Notes: generated by a model not told the origin, from the letters alone. 35,745 nt of DNA from an uncultured Eubacterium sp. (GCA_964613765.1 CAZTIY010000002.1:1-35745); one strand, 5' to 3'; shown: positions 18,010 to 27,837, numbered from the stretch's first letter. Numbers and translations are program-made.

Positions 18010-18867
18010 TCATACTATCCTGACCTCAGGCTCAAGCTCCACCCCGAACCTGTTCTTTACCGTATTCTGAACGAGATGCATAAGGTCGATAACGTCCCGG
18101 GCGGTCGCCCCGCCTCTGTTTATCAGGAATCCCGCGTGTTTTACGGAAACCTGCGCTCCGCCGACGGAAAGTCCTTTAAGTCCCGAGTCCTCGATAAGTT
18201 TCCCGGCGTAGTACCCCTCCGGGCGCTTGAAAAAACTTCCGCACGACGGATAGGAAAGGGGCTGCTTTGACGCCCTTTTTCTGCTCATATCACGCATTCT
18301 GAGCGCTATCTCACGCCGGTCGCCGGGAGTGAGATCAAAAACGACAGAAGTCACGATGTCACCGGATTCCTGAAGAATGCTGTGTCTGTAGGACATATCC
18401 AGTTCTTCGACCGGCACCGCCTTCACTTCACTGCCGTCGCGGGAAACGATCTCGGCGGCGAGAAGAACGTCTTTCATTTCCGTCCCGTAAGCGCCGGCAT
18501 TCATAAATACCGCACCGCCGACAGAGCCGGGAATGCCGGAAATATTCTCAAGTCCGGAAAGTCCGGCGTTCAGGGCGGCGTTCGCCGCCTGTGACATCAG
18601 CGCCCCCGCGCCGCATAATATACGGTTCCCGGAAATTATTATATCTGAAAATGAAGAACCCAGTTTTATCACGGACGTATCAGTATGTCCGTCACGGAAC
18701 AGTGTGTCAGTTCCGTTCCCGAGAAAAATGAAATCCCAATTTTTTTCGTGATATCCCGCGAGAACTCCCTGAAGATCTTCAAGAGAATCAGGAAGTATGA
18801 TATCCGCTGTCCCTCCTGCTTTGAAAGACGTGAGCGTACTCATGTCGGCGTTTCTGATCATCTTCAT
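18010..18867 (-). CDS. murB: UDP-N-acetylenolpyruvoylglucosamine reductase
   Basis: TSFKAGG, GIPGSVGGAVFMNAGAYG, KQPLSYPSCGSFFKRP, KHAGFLIN, LEPEV; TAATG overlap with the upstream gene. Confidence 0.95.
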   Translation of the reverse strand: MKMIRNADMSTLTSFKAGGTADIILPDSLEDLQGVLAGYHEKNWDFIFLGNGTDTLFRDGHTDTSVIKLGSSFSDIIISGNRILCGAGALMSQAANAALNAGLSGLENISGIPGSVGGAVFMNAGAYGTEMKDVLLAAEIVSRDGSEVKAVPVEELDMSYRHSILQESGDIVTSVVFDLTPGDRREIALRMRDMSRKRASKQPLSYPSCGSFFKRPEGYYAGKLIEDSGLKGLSVGGAQVSVKHAGFLINRGGATARDVIDLMHLVQNTVKNRFGVELEPEVRIV

Positions 18868-20405
18868 TACTGTTTCTCCCGCGCGGAGCCTGATCCGGGT
18901 TCTGATTCCGCCGCACAATTATCATGCGCTCCTTCGCCGGATTCCGGCTCCGCGGCGCTTTCACCGTCACGCGTTTCGGAGAGCGCGCCGACGGCCCCTT
19001 TGCCGGACACTTCCGCGGGTTCCCCTCCGGACACGGCGGCGGGTGCAGCGCCGGATATCTGACCGTCGGCTGACTCTTCTTTTATTCCTTCACCCTGCGG
19101 GGCTTTGCCGGGATCCTTTCCGGAATTCTTTTTTCTGATAAGCTTCCTCAGTCCGGAATTGCTCTCAAGCGCGGCCTGCTTCCTTTTCTCGAGATCAAAT
19201 ACATCCATATTGATATAGTCTTCTTCCTCGTTTGAAAGACCTTTCGCGGCGAGGCGGCCTTTCATATTCCGCAGGAAGTAGTAACTTATGACCGAGAAAA
19301 CGGGTACACCGAGGATCATACCGACAGGACCGAAAAGTCCGCCCGCCACTATAATCACGAACATGACCCAGAAGCTCGAGAGTCCCACACGGTCTCCGAG
19401 GAGCATAGGCCCCAGTATATTGCCGTCAAACTGCTGCAGCACCAGAATCATGATAAGGAAGACAAGCGCTTTGAACGGACTCTGTACACATATAATGAGA
19501 GCTGAAGGAATCGCGCCGATGAACGGGCCGAAGAACGGGATTATGTTCGTAACGCCTACCAGGGTTGCGATGAGTTCCGGATCGGGCAGTTTCAGTATCA
19601 GCATCGCGACATAACATATTATACCGATTATGATGGAATCAATTATCTTGCCGTTAATAAATCCGCCGAATGTCTTATTGGTAAACGCGCCGAAATCGCA
19701 GATCTCCTTTGTCTGCGCCTCTGATAAACGGCTCCTGATTATCATTATTATGTGCGCCCGGAAAGATTCTTTCATGTTAAGGAAATACACGCACGCTATG
19801 AGTCCGATCAGGGCGTCCAGGAAGGTGCTGACCGTATTTATAAGACCTGTTGAAACCCTCGACATAATGTTGCCCATGCTCGGAAGGATCTTCTCCCTGG
19901 CGTAGGTAATCACATAATCGCCTATTGAATCTATCATATCGTTGAACTGACCCGCGAGATCGAGGTTGCTCGCGTTTGAGAAAACATCCGATATCCATGT
20001 CGCGATGCTTTCCAGTCTGGACGGCAGAAGTCCGAAGAACTGAACCACACTCCTCACTATATGCGGTATGAGAAGCCCTGATGCGACAGCGATTATTCCG
20101 ATAAGCAAACCGAGCGACAGTAACGTTCCGATGATTCTTGAATATCTGAGCGCGCCTTTCTCCGTCTTTACGCGGCCGCGCAATATGCTCATCGAGCGGC
20201 GCACTATCGCGTTATACACGGGACAAAGGAGATAGGCGATGATAAAACCTATAATAAACGGCCTCAGGGCGCCTGTCAGTGTGCCGACCGCGTCTCTCAC
20301 ACCGTCAAAATTCTTTACAAGAAAATAAAAGACGATGATTGCCACGCCGGCAAGCGTAAATGTCGCCCATTTCCCGAAGTTAAAATCTTTCATTTTATCT
20401 TTCAT
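18867..20405 (-). CDS. AI-2E family transporter with a long disordered C-terminal tail
   Basis: PFIIGFIIAYLLCP, NIIPFFGPFIGAIP, QQFDGNILGP, GGLFGPVGMILGVP; GGAGG before ATG 20405. Confidence 0.9.
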   Translation of the reverse strand: MKDKMKDFNFGKWATFTLAGVAIIVFYFLVKNFDGVRDAVGTLTGALRPFIIGFIIAYLLCPVYNAIVRRSMSILRGRVKTEKGALRYSRIIGTLLSLGLLIGIIAVASGLLIPHIVRSVVQFFGLLPSRLESIATWISDVFSNASNLDLAGQFNDMIDSIGDYVITYAREKILPSMGNIMSRVSTGLINTVSTFLDALIGLIACVYFLNMKESFRAHIIMIIRSRLSEAQTKEICDFGAFTNKTFGGFINGKIIDSIIIGIICYVAMLILKLPDPELIATLVGVTNIIPFFGPFIGAIPSALIICVQSPFKALVFLIMILVLQQFDGNILGPMLLGDRVGLSSFWVMFVIIVAGGLFGPVGMILGVPVFSVISYYFLRNMKGRLAAKGLSNEEEDYINMDVFDLEKRKQAALESNSGLRKLIRKKNSGKDPGKAPQGEGIKEESADGQISGAAPAAVSGGEPAEVSGKGAVGALSETRDGESAAEPESGEGAHDNCAAESEPGSGSAREKQ

Positions 20406-20487
20406 TACACAGCCTCCGTAATGTGTCATTTTTTTGAACAACGGGTATTCTATCACATATGGGCTCCGTTTTCCATGCAACCCGACT

Positions 20488-20561
20488 GTTGCAGTTCACA
20501 CATGGTATTTGCGGGACGTGCGGCATAGCTGTCTATGTTCACTTATCATCTGAACAATAAC
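20488..20561. mobile_element. 74-bp MITE with imperfect TIRs and a perfect 8-bp target-site duplication
   Basis: ACCCGACT at 20480-20487 and 20562-20569; ends gttgcagttcacac / atctgaacaataac; first 42 nt are 38/42 identical to the 27877 copy. Confidence 0.75.
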
Positions 20562-20601
20562 ACCCGACTCGTCTTTATCCGGTCCGGAAATTCGAAATAT
20601 C

Positions 20602-20654
20602 TTGCAACTTTGCCGGAATTATGGTAAAAAACAGGAAGCGCGAACATTCGTTCG
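20602..20654 (+). promoter_or_regulatory. sigmaA promoter followed by a LexA (Cheo) box
   Basis: TTGCAA-N17-TAAAAA with extended TGn; CGAAC-ATTC-GTTCG at 20641-20654. Confidence 0.65.
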
Positions 20655-20836
20655 ACTGACATGGCAGAACGGATAAACGGACGAACGCGGGCATAACAAA
20701 CGCTGACATAAGCAGAACGGGATTCCGGCATTCTGTCAGAAAAGAGGCTGCGCACGATATTCAATCCGCAACTGACCGGACATCCCGGATTCAGCCCTCC
20801 CCGTTGTTGTTACAGTGAAAGAAAATAAACGGACCA

Positions 20837-21625
20837 ATGAAACAGAATCAGAAGCAGAAGAAAAAAAGGAAACATAGCAGAAAACACAGATACAGATCCG
20901 GCTTCAAATCAGCGGTCATCATAATCATTTTCCTGATTGCGGCGGCCGGAATCGGAATGACGGCAGCGAACCCGCCCGGCGAAGATGAGAAAAGTGAGAC
21001 CGCGTCCTGCGACTGGTCGGAATCAAGTGCTCCGAACTACGTCCTCAGGACGGGAGAGGCCGTTGTTGAAGATGTACCGGAAGCCGGACAGGTACACTAT
21101 TCCAGACTGGATAAATACGGACGCACACAGGCTGTCACCGCGAACGTCACTTACTCCATGATAAAGAAATCCGCAGGCTGGCGTGAGGATATACCGAAGG
21201 ACGCTTCGCCCTCAGGCTGGGGACATAACAGGCAGGTGAGGATACGTCTTTACAACGGAAAAATCTATAAGGGCTATCTTTTTAACCGTTCACATCTCCT
21301 CGCGGACTCTCTCGGCGGCAGGGCAATAAGAAGGAACCTCATAACAGGCACCCGGACACAGAACGTCGGCGCGAACGACGGTACGGGCGGCATGGCGTAT
21401 ACTGAGCGCAAAGTTCTGGATTATATATATGACCATAAGAATGTTACATGCTACTACCGGGCGTCGCCTGTATATGAGGGGGACGAGATGGTTCCGAGAT
21501 CGGTCACGGTCGACGTAAAGACTTCCGACGACGCTCTTGACATGCGGGTCATTGTATATAACACGGCAAAGGGTTATGATATAAACTACGATGACGGTAC
21601 ATTTACGGAAGATACACCGGCGTGA
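20837..21625 (+). CDS. Membrane-anchored DNA/RNA non-specific endonuclease (EndA/streptodornase-like, beta-beta-alpha-metal)
   Basis: Basic N-terminus plus TM helix; LDKYGRT, PSGW, FNRSHLLADSLGG, NLITGTRTQN, MAYTE, VPRSV. Confidence 0.88.
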   Translation: MKQNQKQKKKRKHSRKHRYRSGFKSAVIIIIFLIAAAGIGMTAANPPGEDEKSETASCDWSESSAPNYVLRTGEAVVEDVPEAGQVHYSRLDKYGRTQAVTANVTYSMIKKSAGWREDIPKDASPSGWGHNRQVRIRLYNGKIYKGYLFNRSHLLADSLGGRAIRRNLITGTRTQNVGANDGTGGMAYTERKVLDYIYDHKNVTCYYRASPVYEGDEMVPRSVTVDVKTSDDALDMRVIVYNTAKGYDINYDDGTFTEDTPA

Positions 21626-21848
21626 CAGAATCATGAACGCGGGCCGGATCATTAAGATAAAAAATGTCATACAGAGACTCTTTTATGAAAGCCCGGGATT
21701 AGTGAAAAAAATCCCGGCAGAACTTGAGGAAATCACGGCGCTTGTACCTTTAATAAAGCCCGGATCAATGAAAAAATGAGCGAAAAGGGTTCACGAATAA
21801 AAAACCGGATGAGAAAAGAAGAAAAACGTTAAAGGAGATTTCGGCAAC

Positions 21849-22703
21849 ATGGATATTAAGTATGTAAAGAACAGTTCCGCCTCCGCCTGCGGGGCTGAAA
21901 TCAAAACGGAACCGGTACTTCTTACGCGGGATGACGGAGGCAGAATCCCGGTTCTCGTTTCCGTTCCGGAAGGGGCGTCCCGTATCATCCTGATCGTACA
22001 CGGCCTTTCAAGTTCAAAGGACTCTGAGAGTTCAACATATTACCGCGATTATTTCCTCGGCGCAGGCACTTCCGATTCCCGGACAGGCGTCGTCGTGTAC
22101 GACCAGCCCGGGCACGGAACGGAAGAGGCGGCGGAAGAAAATTTAAGCGTGAAAGCCTCTCTTGACAGCCTCGGAACAGTCGAGGCCTATATATCCGGAC
22201 GCTTTCCCGGAGCGGACATCTGTTACTTCTGTTCGAGCTTCGGAGCGTATATCACGGGTCTTTACATAAGAACCCGCCCTCATCGCGGCACCCGTGCTTT
22301 TTTCAGAAGCGGGGCCGTTGATTTCCCCGTCCTCATAACAGAAAGCCCGGAGGCGAAACCCGGCTCTGAGGCCATGAGATTTATGGAAAAGAACGGATAT
22401 TACGACCTGGTTTCCGACGACGGCAAATCGACGCGTTTTACAAGGGAATTCTTCAATGAACTCCTTGATGAGAACAACGACCTTTTCAAACTGTACTCCG
22501 AATCTCTTCCCGATATACCGGTCGCCATGGCGCACGGCGAATGTGATCCGGTGGTTTCTCCCGCTTCGGCAAGACGTTTCTCTGAAGAATTCGGATATCC
22601 GCTGCGGTTTTTCCCCGGCGAGGGACATTCGCTCTGCACATACGGGGAAACGCCCGCCGAGGTCGGCGAACTCGCGCTGAAATTTTACGGGATAATACGA
22701 TAA
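21849..22703 (+). CDS. Alpha/beta fold hydrolase
   Basis: HGLSS, YDQPGHG, SSFGAY nucleophile elbow, HGECDPVV, GEGH. Confidence 0.85.
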   Translation: MDIKYVKNSSASACGAEIKTEPVLLTRDDGGRIPVLVSVPEGASRIILIVHGLSSSKDSESSTYYRDYFLGAGTSDSRTGVVVYDQPGHGTEEAAEENLSVKASLDSLGTVEAYISGRFPGADICYFCSSFGAYITGLYIRTRPHRGTRAFFRSGAVDFPVLITESPEAKPGSEAMRFMEKNGYYDLVSDDGKSTRFTREFFNELLDENNDLFKLYSESLPDIPVAMAHGECDPVVSPASARRFSEEFGYPLRFFPGEGHSLCTYGETPAEVGELALKFYGIIR

Positions 22704-22819
22704 TACAGACTCCGCCGCGGCGCTGACACGAATCTGCTGTTACGGGTATGATAAGACTTCTTCCGGGATTACTGTTCATAGGGTGAACATGGGCAGCTAT
22801 CGGGGCGGCAGAATAACTG

Positions 22820-23419
22820 TTACTGCGCGTGTGCATCCGCCCCTGACAGTTTAAGAGCGAAAGTACGGGCGCGCCCGGCCTTTTCCTCATCCATGAAAAC
22901 GGTGTCATATCCGAGATGGTGTTCCGCCAGCATGCCAAGATAATTCAGGCCGCAGTGCCTGCACAGTCTGAGCACACCCTCTTCAAACAGGTCGGCACCC
23001 TTTTCAGGCGGATAGCCGCAGGTCGTAAGTATGGCTACGCCCTTCCCTTTCCAGAGCGACGGCCCGCGCGTTTCTCCGTAATATTTTGTAAATCCGTATA
23101 ACAGGCGGTCTATGGCAGCTTTAACCGGCGCCGTGCAGTACCAGGCATAGATCGGTGTCGCAAGGAGAATGATACCGGCATCGAAGGCCGATTCCGCGAT
23201 TATCCGCATGTCGTCGTCTATGATGCAGCCGAATCCCGTAAGGTCATTCTGACAGCTTCTGCAGGCCCGGCAATCCTCAATATGTAATCTGTAAAGGTCG
23301 AAAACATCCGCTTCATTACCCTGTTCGCGCCAGGTTTCAAGAAACGGTGCCAGAAGTGATGCCGTATTTCCGTTTTTACGGGGGCTCCCGAACAATACAG
23401 TCATTTTCTTAAGATTCAT
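22820..23419 (-). CDS. Flavodoxin-family iron-sulfur flavoprotein (NADPH-dependent FMN reductase-like)
   Basis: GSPRKNGNT, CRACRSC..C, ATPIYAW, KAAIDRL. Confidence 0.88.
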   Translation of the reverse strand: MNLKKMTVLFGSPRKNGNTASLLAPFLETWREQGNEADVFDLYRLHIEDCRACRSCQNDLTGFGCIIDDDMRIIAESAFDAGIILLATPIYAWYCTAPVKAAIDRLLYGFTKYYGETRGPSLWKGKGVAILTTCGYPPEKGADLFEEGVLRLCRHCGLNYLGMLAEHHLGYDTVFMDEEKAGRARTFALKLSGADAHAQ

Positions 23420-23593
23420 ACCTGTATTCCCTATTTACAATTTACATGATTTAATTACCTGTCACGGTCCGGAGGCAAACCTTCTCGGCGGGATTTATCA
23501 ATCTTTAATAAATCCGATCCGCACAACCCCTGCTCTGAGGACAAGTACGGGCGCGCCCGGCACCGGCGCGCATAAACGGACAGCCGGATTTTC

Positions 23594-23622
23594 AAAAGGC
23601 CCCCGCCGTGAAGCAGGGGCCT
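23594..23622 (-). terminator. Intrinsic terminator of the hydrogenase operon
   Basis: aggcccc / ggggcct stem followed by TTTT on the minus strand. Confidence 0.65.
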
Positions 23623-23646
23623 CATATATTTTTGCGGTATTACAGT

Positions 23647-25359
23647 CTACAGAACGGATTCCGGTTTCACGGGTTCCGTGCCGATATGAAGAAGTTCGTG
23701 ATTCTTCCCTTTCAGTATCCCTTTATAGAGATTCTGAACGAGCGGATTCTCATCGCATTTCCTGACGGATTCGTTTCTGTCTATGCGGTACAGTCCGGCC
23801 GTTCTTGCGTCTCTCGGACTTCCGTTCAGGTTAATCGGCTGACCTCCGCCCATTACGCATCCGCCGCGGCAGGCCATGACCTCAATGAAGTCATACTGAG
23901 CTTCTCCGCTCTTCACCTTCTCCATGACCTTCCTGGCCTCGCCGAGTCCGGACACTACGCAGAAGTTGAGATCTCTCCCGTTATATGTGATTGTGAACTC
24001 GCGGATCCATGCGCTCCCTCTGACTCCGCTTTCGGCTATCGCCGCCATCTTCTCCTTAGAATGATCCGGGGCGAGTCTTCTCAGAACGGCCTCGGTTACT
24101 CCGCCGCTGTTTCCGAAGATGACGCCGCCGCCGGACCCGAAACCGAACGGCATGTCGCATGCCTCCGGTTCAAGCTCTCTCAGATTGAGTCCGAACGACC
24201 TTATCATATTGACGAGTTCCGTCGATGTTATGGAGATATCCGTATCCTGCTCTCCGTAGGTATGATTGCGGTTCCATCCGATCTCCATCTTCTTCGCCGT
24301 GCACGGCATCACGGAAACGACCACGGTCTTCTTCCCCTTCGCGTTATCGGGATCCCTGTAATATTCTTTCAGAAGAGCGCTCATCATACCCTGCGGACTC
24401 CTGCATGTAGAAACATTCTCAAAGAATTCCGGATACTGGTCGTGACAGAACTTGACCCATGCGGGGCAGCAGGATGTCATAAGCGGAAGCTTCCCTCCGG
24501 AGGTCAGTCTCTCCAGAAACTCGTCGGCCTCCTCCATGATCGTAAGATCGGCGGAAAGGCTCACGTCATATACTTCGTCAAAGCCCATGCTGTGCATGGC
24601 GTTCACGATCATCCCCATGGACTGGGCGCCCGGTTCCATTCCGAAAGCGCTGCCGACGGCGACACGCACGGCCGGCGCGACCTCCGCCACCACTCTTACA
24701 TTCGGATCGCCGATGGCTTCCCATACCTCATCAACGTTGGAATGAATCCTGATCGCGCCTGTCGGACAGTAGACACGGCACTGACCGCAGTTCACGCAGG
24801 CAGTCTCCGCGATGTTTCTGTCAAAAGCGGTGGTCACATAAGTGTTGGCGCCTCTCTCCGTAAATTCCAGAACTCCCACTCCCTGAAGTTCCGCGCACGC
24901 GCGGACGCAGTCCCCGCAAAGGATGCATTTATTCATATCGCGGACGATAGAAGGAGAACTGAAGTCGATCGGGTGTTTCTCCCTCGTATCCTCATACGGA
25001 ACCTCGTCTACGGACATCCTCTTCGCGAAATCCTGAAGACGGCAGACGCCGTTATATGAACATGTCGTACATTCTCTGTCGTGCGAACTCAGGAGAAGCT
25101 CGATTATCATCTTACGGTATTTCTGAAGCCGGGGCGTATTGGTCTTTATCGACATACCGTCCCTCGGAACCTCGGAACAGGCGGCGAACAGTTTACCGCG
25201 GTCGTCCTCAACCATGCAGAGACGGCAGGCCCCGAATGTCGACATCTCAGACAGGTAGCAGAGCGTCGGGATATTGATTCCGGCCTTATGGATGACGGAA
25301 AGTACGTTCTTCTCGTCCGTAAACGCAACGCGTTTCCCGTTTATTGTCATTATGCCCAT
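23647..25359 (-). CDS. hydA: [FeFe]-hydrogenase catalytic subunit (group A, trimeric bifurcating type)
   Basis: H-cluster motifs TSCCPAW, MPCTAKKME, EVMACRGGCVMGGGQP; N-terminal 2Fe-2S, His-ligated and 2x4Fe-4S domains; AAGGAGG before ATG 25359. Confidence 0.93.
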   Translation of the reverse strand: MGIMTINGKRVAFTDEKNVLSVIHKAGINIPTLCYLSEMSTFGACRLCMVEDDRGKLFAACSEVPRDGMSIKTNTPRLQKYRKMIIELLLSSHDRECTTCSYNGVCRLQDFAKRMSVDEVPYEDTREKHPIDFSSPSIVRDMNKCILCGDCVRACAELQGVGVLEFTERGANTYVTTAFDRNIAETACVNCGQCRVYCPTGAIRIHSNVDEVWEAIGDPNVRVVAEVAPAVRVAVGSAFGMEPGAQSMGMIVNAMHSMGFDEVYDVSLSADLTIMEEADEFLERLTSGGKLPLMTSCCPAWVKFCHDQYPEFFENVSTCRSPQGMMSALLKEYYRDPDNAKGKKTVVVSVMPCTAKKMEIGWNRNHTYGEQDTDISITSTELVNMIRSFGLNLRELEPEACDMPFGFGSGGGVIFGNSGGVTEAVLRRLAPDHSKEKMAAIAESGVRGSAWIREFTITYNGRDLNFCVVSGLGEARKVMEKVKSGEAQYDFIEVMACRGGCVMGGGQPINLNGSPRDARTAGLYRIDRNESVRKCDENPLVQNLYKGILKGKNHELLHIGTEPVKPESVL

Positions 25360-25370
25360 TAAAAGCCTCC

Positions 25371-27254
25371 TTACCACTCTATATGAACGGCGCCGAACGC
25401 GCAGTTCTCAAGACAGCTTCCGCATCTTATGCAAAGTTCCGGATCTATCGAGTGCGGTTTCATTCTCGCGCCGGTTATCGCTCCGGCCGGGCAGTTGCGC
25501 ACGCATTTGCCGCAGCCCCTGCACCTGTCGGCGTTGATTGTGAATCTTCTCATCTTTGTGCATACATGAGCGCGGCACCTCTTCTGCGATATATGCTCTA
25601 TATACTCTTCACGGAACTGGTGCAGTGTGCTGAGCACGGGAAGCGGAGCGCTCTTACCGAGACCGCACAGACTCATGGCACGGATCATCCTGGCGAGATC
25701 CTCCAACTTTTCCAGGTCCTCCATCTCGCCTCTTCCGTCCACTATCCGCTCCATGATCTCAAGCATACGCTTTGTGCCCTCACGGCAGGGGGTGCACTTT
25801 CCGCAGGACTCGCGCTGTGTGAAACTCATAAAGAAACGGGCGACCTCGACCATGCAGGAACTCTGATCCAGAACGACAAGTCCGCCCGAGCCTATGATCG
25901 CGTCATACTTTTTAACGGACTCGAAATCAAGCCCAACGTCCAGTTCCCTCTCCGTAAGGCAGCCCCCGGAAGGCCCGCCGATCTGGACCGCCTTGAACGT
26001 TCCGCCGTCCTTTATGCCGCCGCCTATCCCGAAGATTATCTCTCTCAGCGTCGTCCCCATGGGAACCTCTATAAGTCCCGTATTCTGTATGGCGCCCGTG
26101 ATTGAGAATGTCTTTGTGCCGTGGCTGTTATCCGAGCCGATGGACGAGAACCACTCCGAACCGTCCGTGATTATCCTCGGGACATTGGCATAGGTCTCTA
26201 CGTTGTTAAGCACCGTCGGTTTGGCCCAGAGACCGTGATCGACTGTCCTCGGCGGTTTGGTGCGCGGCATTCCGCGCTTGCCCTCAATGGAGGCGGTAAG
26301 AGCGGAGCCCTCGCCGCACACGAACGCGCCCGCGCCGCGATTGATGTGGAGATAGAAAGAGAATGAGCTTCCCATGATGTTCTGACCCAGGAGGCCCGCC
26401 TCCTCAAGCGTATCAATGGCAAGCTGAAGTCTCTTTACCGACAGAGGATATTCCGCGCGTACATAGATATATCCGTCATGTGACTGCACAGCGTATGCCG
26501 CTATCATCATGCCTTCTATCATCTTGAACGGGTCCCCCTCCATCACGGAGCCGTCCATGAAAGCTCCGGGGTCGCCTTCATCGCCGTTACATACAACGTA
26601 GCGGACCGGTTCCTTCTGTGACGCCACCTGTGTCCACTTCTTCCCGGTCGGGAAGCCCGCGCCGCCGCGACCTCTGAGACCGGAATCCGCGACCTCCTTT
26701 ATAACTTCCTGCGGAGTCATCTCAAACAGCGCTTTTTCCAGCGCTTTGAACCCTCCCGCGTACAGGTATTCCGGCAGGGAATCAGGCTCATATTTCCCGC
26801 AGTTGGAAAGCACGATCCTGGTCTGCTTCGCGATGAACGGGATGTCATCCGGGCTCGCATACTGCGCCTGACCGTGGTAGAGCAGTCTGTCGATTATCTC
26901 TCCGTGAACGATAGTGGTGTTGATAATGGCGCTGACATCCTCCGGCTGCACCTTCACGTACTGAATCACCTGATCGCCTGTCTGTATGCGTACGAGCGGC
27001 CCTATCTCGCAGATACCCTGGCATCCCGTGTGACAGAGCCCGGCGACCTTTGTGTTTTCATGAGGCGCGAAAACGAGCGAAATACCTTCAGATCCTTCGA
27101 TCTGCCTTTTAAACTCTTCATAGACTTCTTCAGAACCCGAGGCAACGCAGCCGGTGCCCGCGCAGACGAGAATTCTGACGTCCTGTTTACGCATCTCCCG
27201 CTCCGCGTCAAGCCGCGCGTTCTGAAGATCTTCTCTCGAAGCGATCCTCATCAT
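25371..27254 (-). CDS. NuoF-like NADH/FMN subunit of the bifurcating hydrogenase (HydB)
   Basis: SGLRGRGGAGFPTG, CNGDEGDPGAFMD, GAGAFVCGE, NNVET, ESCGKCTPCREG, C-terminal ferredoxin. Confidence 0.93.
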   Translation of the reverse strand: MMRIASREDLQNARLDAEREMRKQDVRILVCAGTGCVASGSEEVYEEFKRQIEGSEGISLVFAPHENTKVAGLCHTGCQGICEIGPLVRIQTGDQVIQYVKVQPEDVSAIINTTIVHGEIIDRLLYHGQAQYASPDDIPFIAKQTRIVLSNCGKYEPDSLPEYLYAGGFKALEKALFEMTPQEVIKEVADSGLRGRGGAGFPTGKKWTQVASQKEPVRYVVCNGDEGDPGAFMDGSVMEGDPFKMIEGMMIAAYAVQSHDGYIYVRAEYPLSVKRLQLAIDTLEEAGLLGQNIMGSSFSFYLHINRGAGAFVCGEGSALTASIEGKRGMPRTKPPRTVDHGLWAKPTVLNNVETYANVPRIITDGSEWFSSIGSDNSHGTKTFSITGAIQNTGLIEVPMGTTLREIIFGIGGGIKDGGTFKAVQIGGPSGGCLTERELDVGLDFESVKKYDAIIGSGGLVVLDQSSCMVEVARFFMSFTQRESCGKCTPCREGTKRMLEIMERIVDGRGEMEDLEKLEDLARMIRAMSLCGLGKSAPLPVLSTLHQFREEYIEHISQKRCRAHVCTKMRRFTINADRCRGCGKCVRNCPAGAITGARMKPHSIDPELCIRCGSCLENCAFGAVHIEW

Positions 27255-27727
27255 TCTTCTCCTCTCAAATCTCTGACCATCTCAACCACCTTTTCCGGTG
27301 TCATCCTGGGATGCACTTTGCCGTTGACCATGAGCGTGGGGGCGAGTCCGCAGGCCCCGAGACACGACACTGTTTCAACAGTGAAAAGCATGTCATCCGT
27401 GGTCTTTTTCCCTTTAGCGAGCCCGAGCTCTTTTCTGAGAGCCTCCAGCACGGTTATGGATTTCTTCACATGGCAGGCCGTGCCGTCGCAGCACTTGATC
27501 TCATATTTCCCTTTCGGCTCAAAGGAAAAATTCTCATAGAATGTCGCGACTCCGAACGCCTTTGCCTCGGTCACGCCGATCTCTCCCGCGAGATATGACA
27601 AAAGTTCTCCCGGCAGATAACGCAGCTCGTCCTGGATATCTTCCATGACCGGAATCAGCGAGGCAGGGTCTTTTCCGTGCTTCTCCACAAACCCGTCCAC
27701 CAGATCGTAGTAGGACTTATCCAGCAT
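27251..27727 (-). CDS. NuoE-like 2Fe-2S subunit (HydC)
   Basis: GVATFY, CDGTACH, CLGACGLAP; ATGA overlap with the next gene. Confidence 0.93.
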   Translation of the reverse strand: MLDKSYYDLVDGFVEKHGKDPASLIPVMEDIQDELRYLPGELLSYLAGEIGVTEAKAFGVATFYENFSFEPKGKYEIKCCDGTACHVKKSITVLEALRKELGLAKGKKTTDDMLFTVETVSCLGACGLAPTLMVNGKVHPRMTPEKVVEMVRDLRGEE

Positions 27728-27808
27728 CTTCTGGTACTCCTTTCAATTGCGATATACTGTTTAACGTCCGATTGATGTAAATATAAATATGTTGCTACAA
27801 CTTACAGC

Positions 27809-27837
27809 ATTATACATTAGAGGCGCGATTCGTTCAA
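27809..27837 (-). promoter_or_regulatory. sigmaA promoter of the hydrogenase operon
   Basis: TTGAAC-N17-TATAAT. Confidence 0.65.

Noticed and set aside
21591-21779. Small ORF between the nuclease and the hydrolase
   Set aside because: Region consists of degenerate A-rich repeats and a hairpin; no coding evidence
22768-22790. Possible MITE footprint (ttactgttca...tgaaca)
   Set aside because: Too short to distinguish from chance or from a small hairpin between convergent genes
23608-25059. 483-aa plus-strand ORF
   Set aside because: Antisense shadow of hydA with no recognisable motifs
27770-27800. Rex operator upstream of the hydrogenase operon
   Set aside because: AT-rich but no acceptable match to TTGTGAA-N4-TTCACAA
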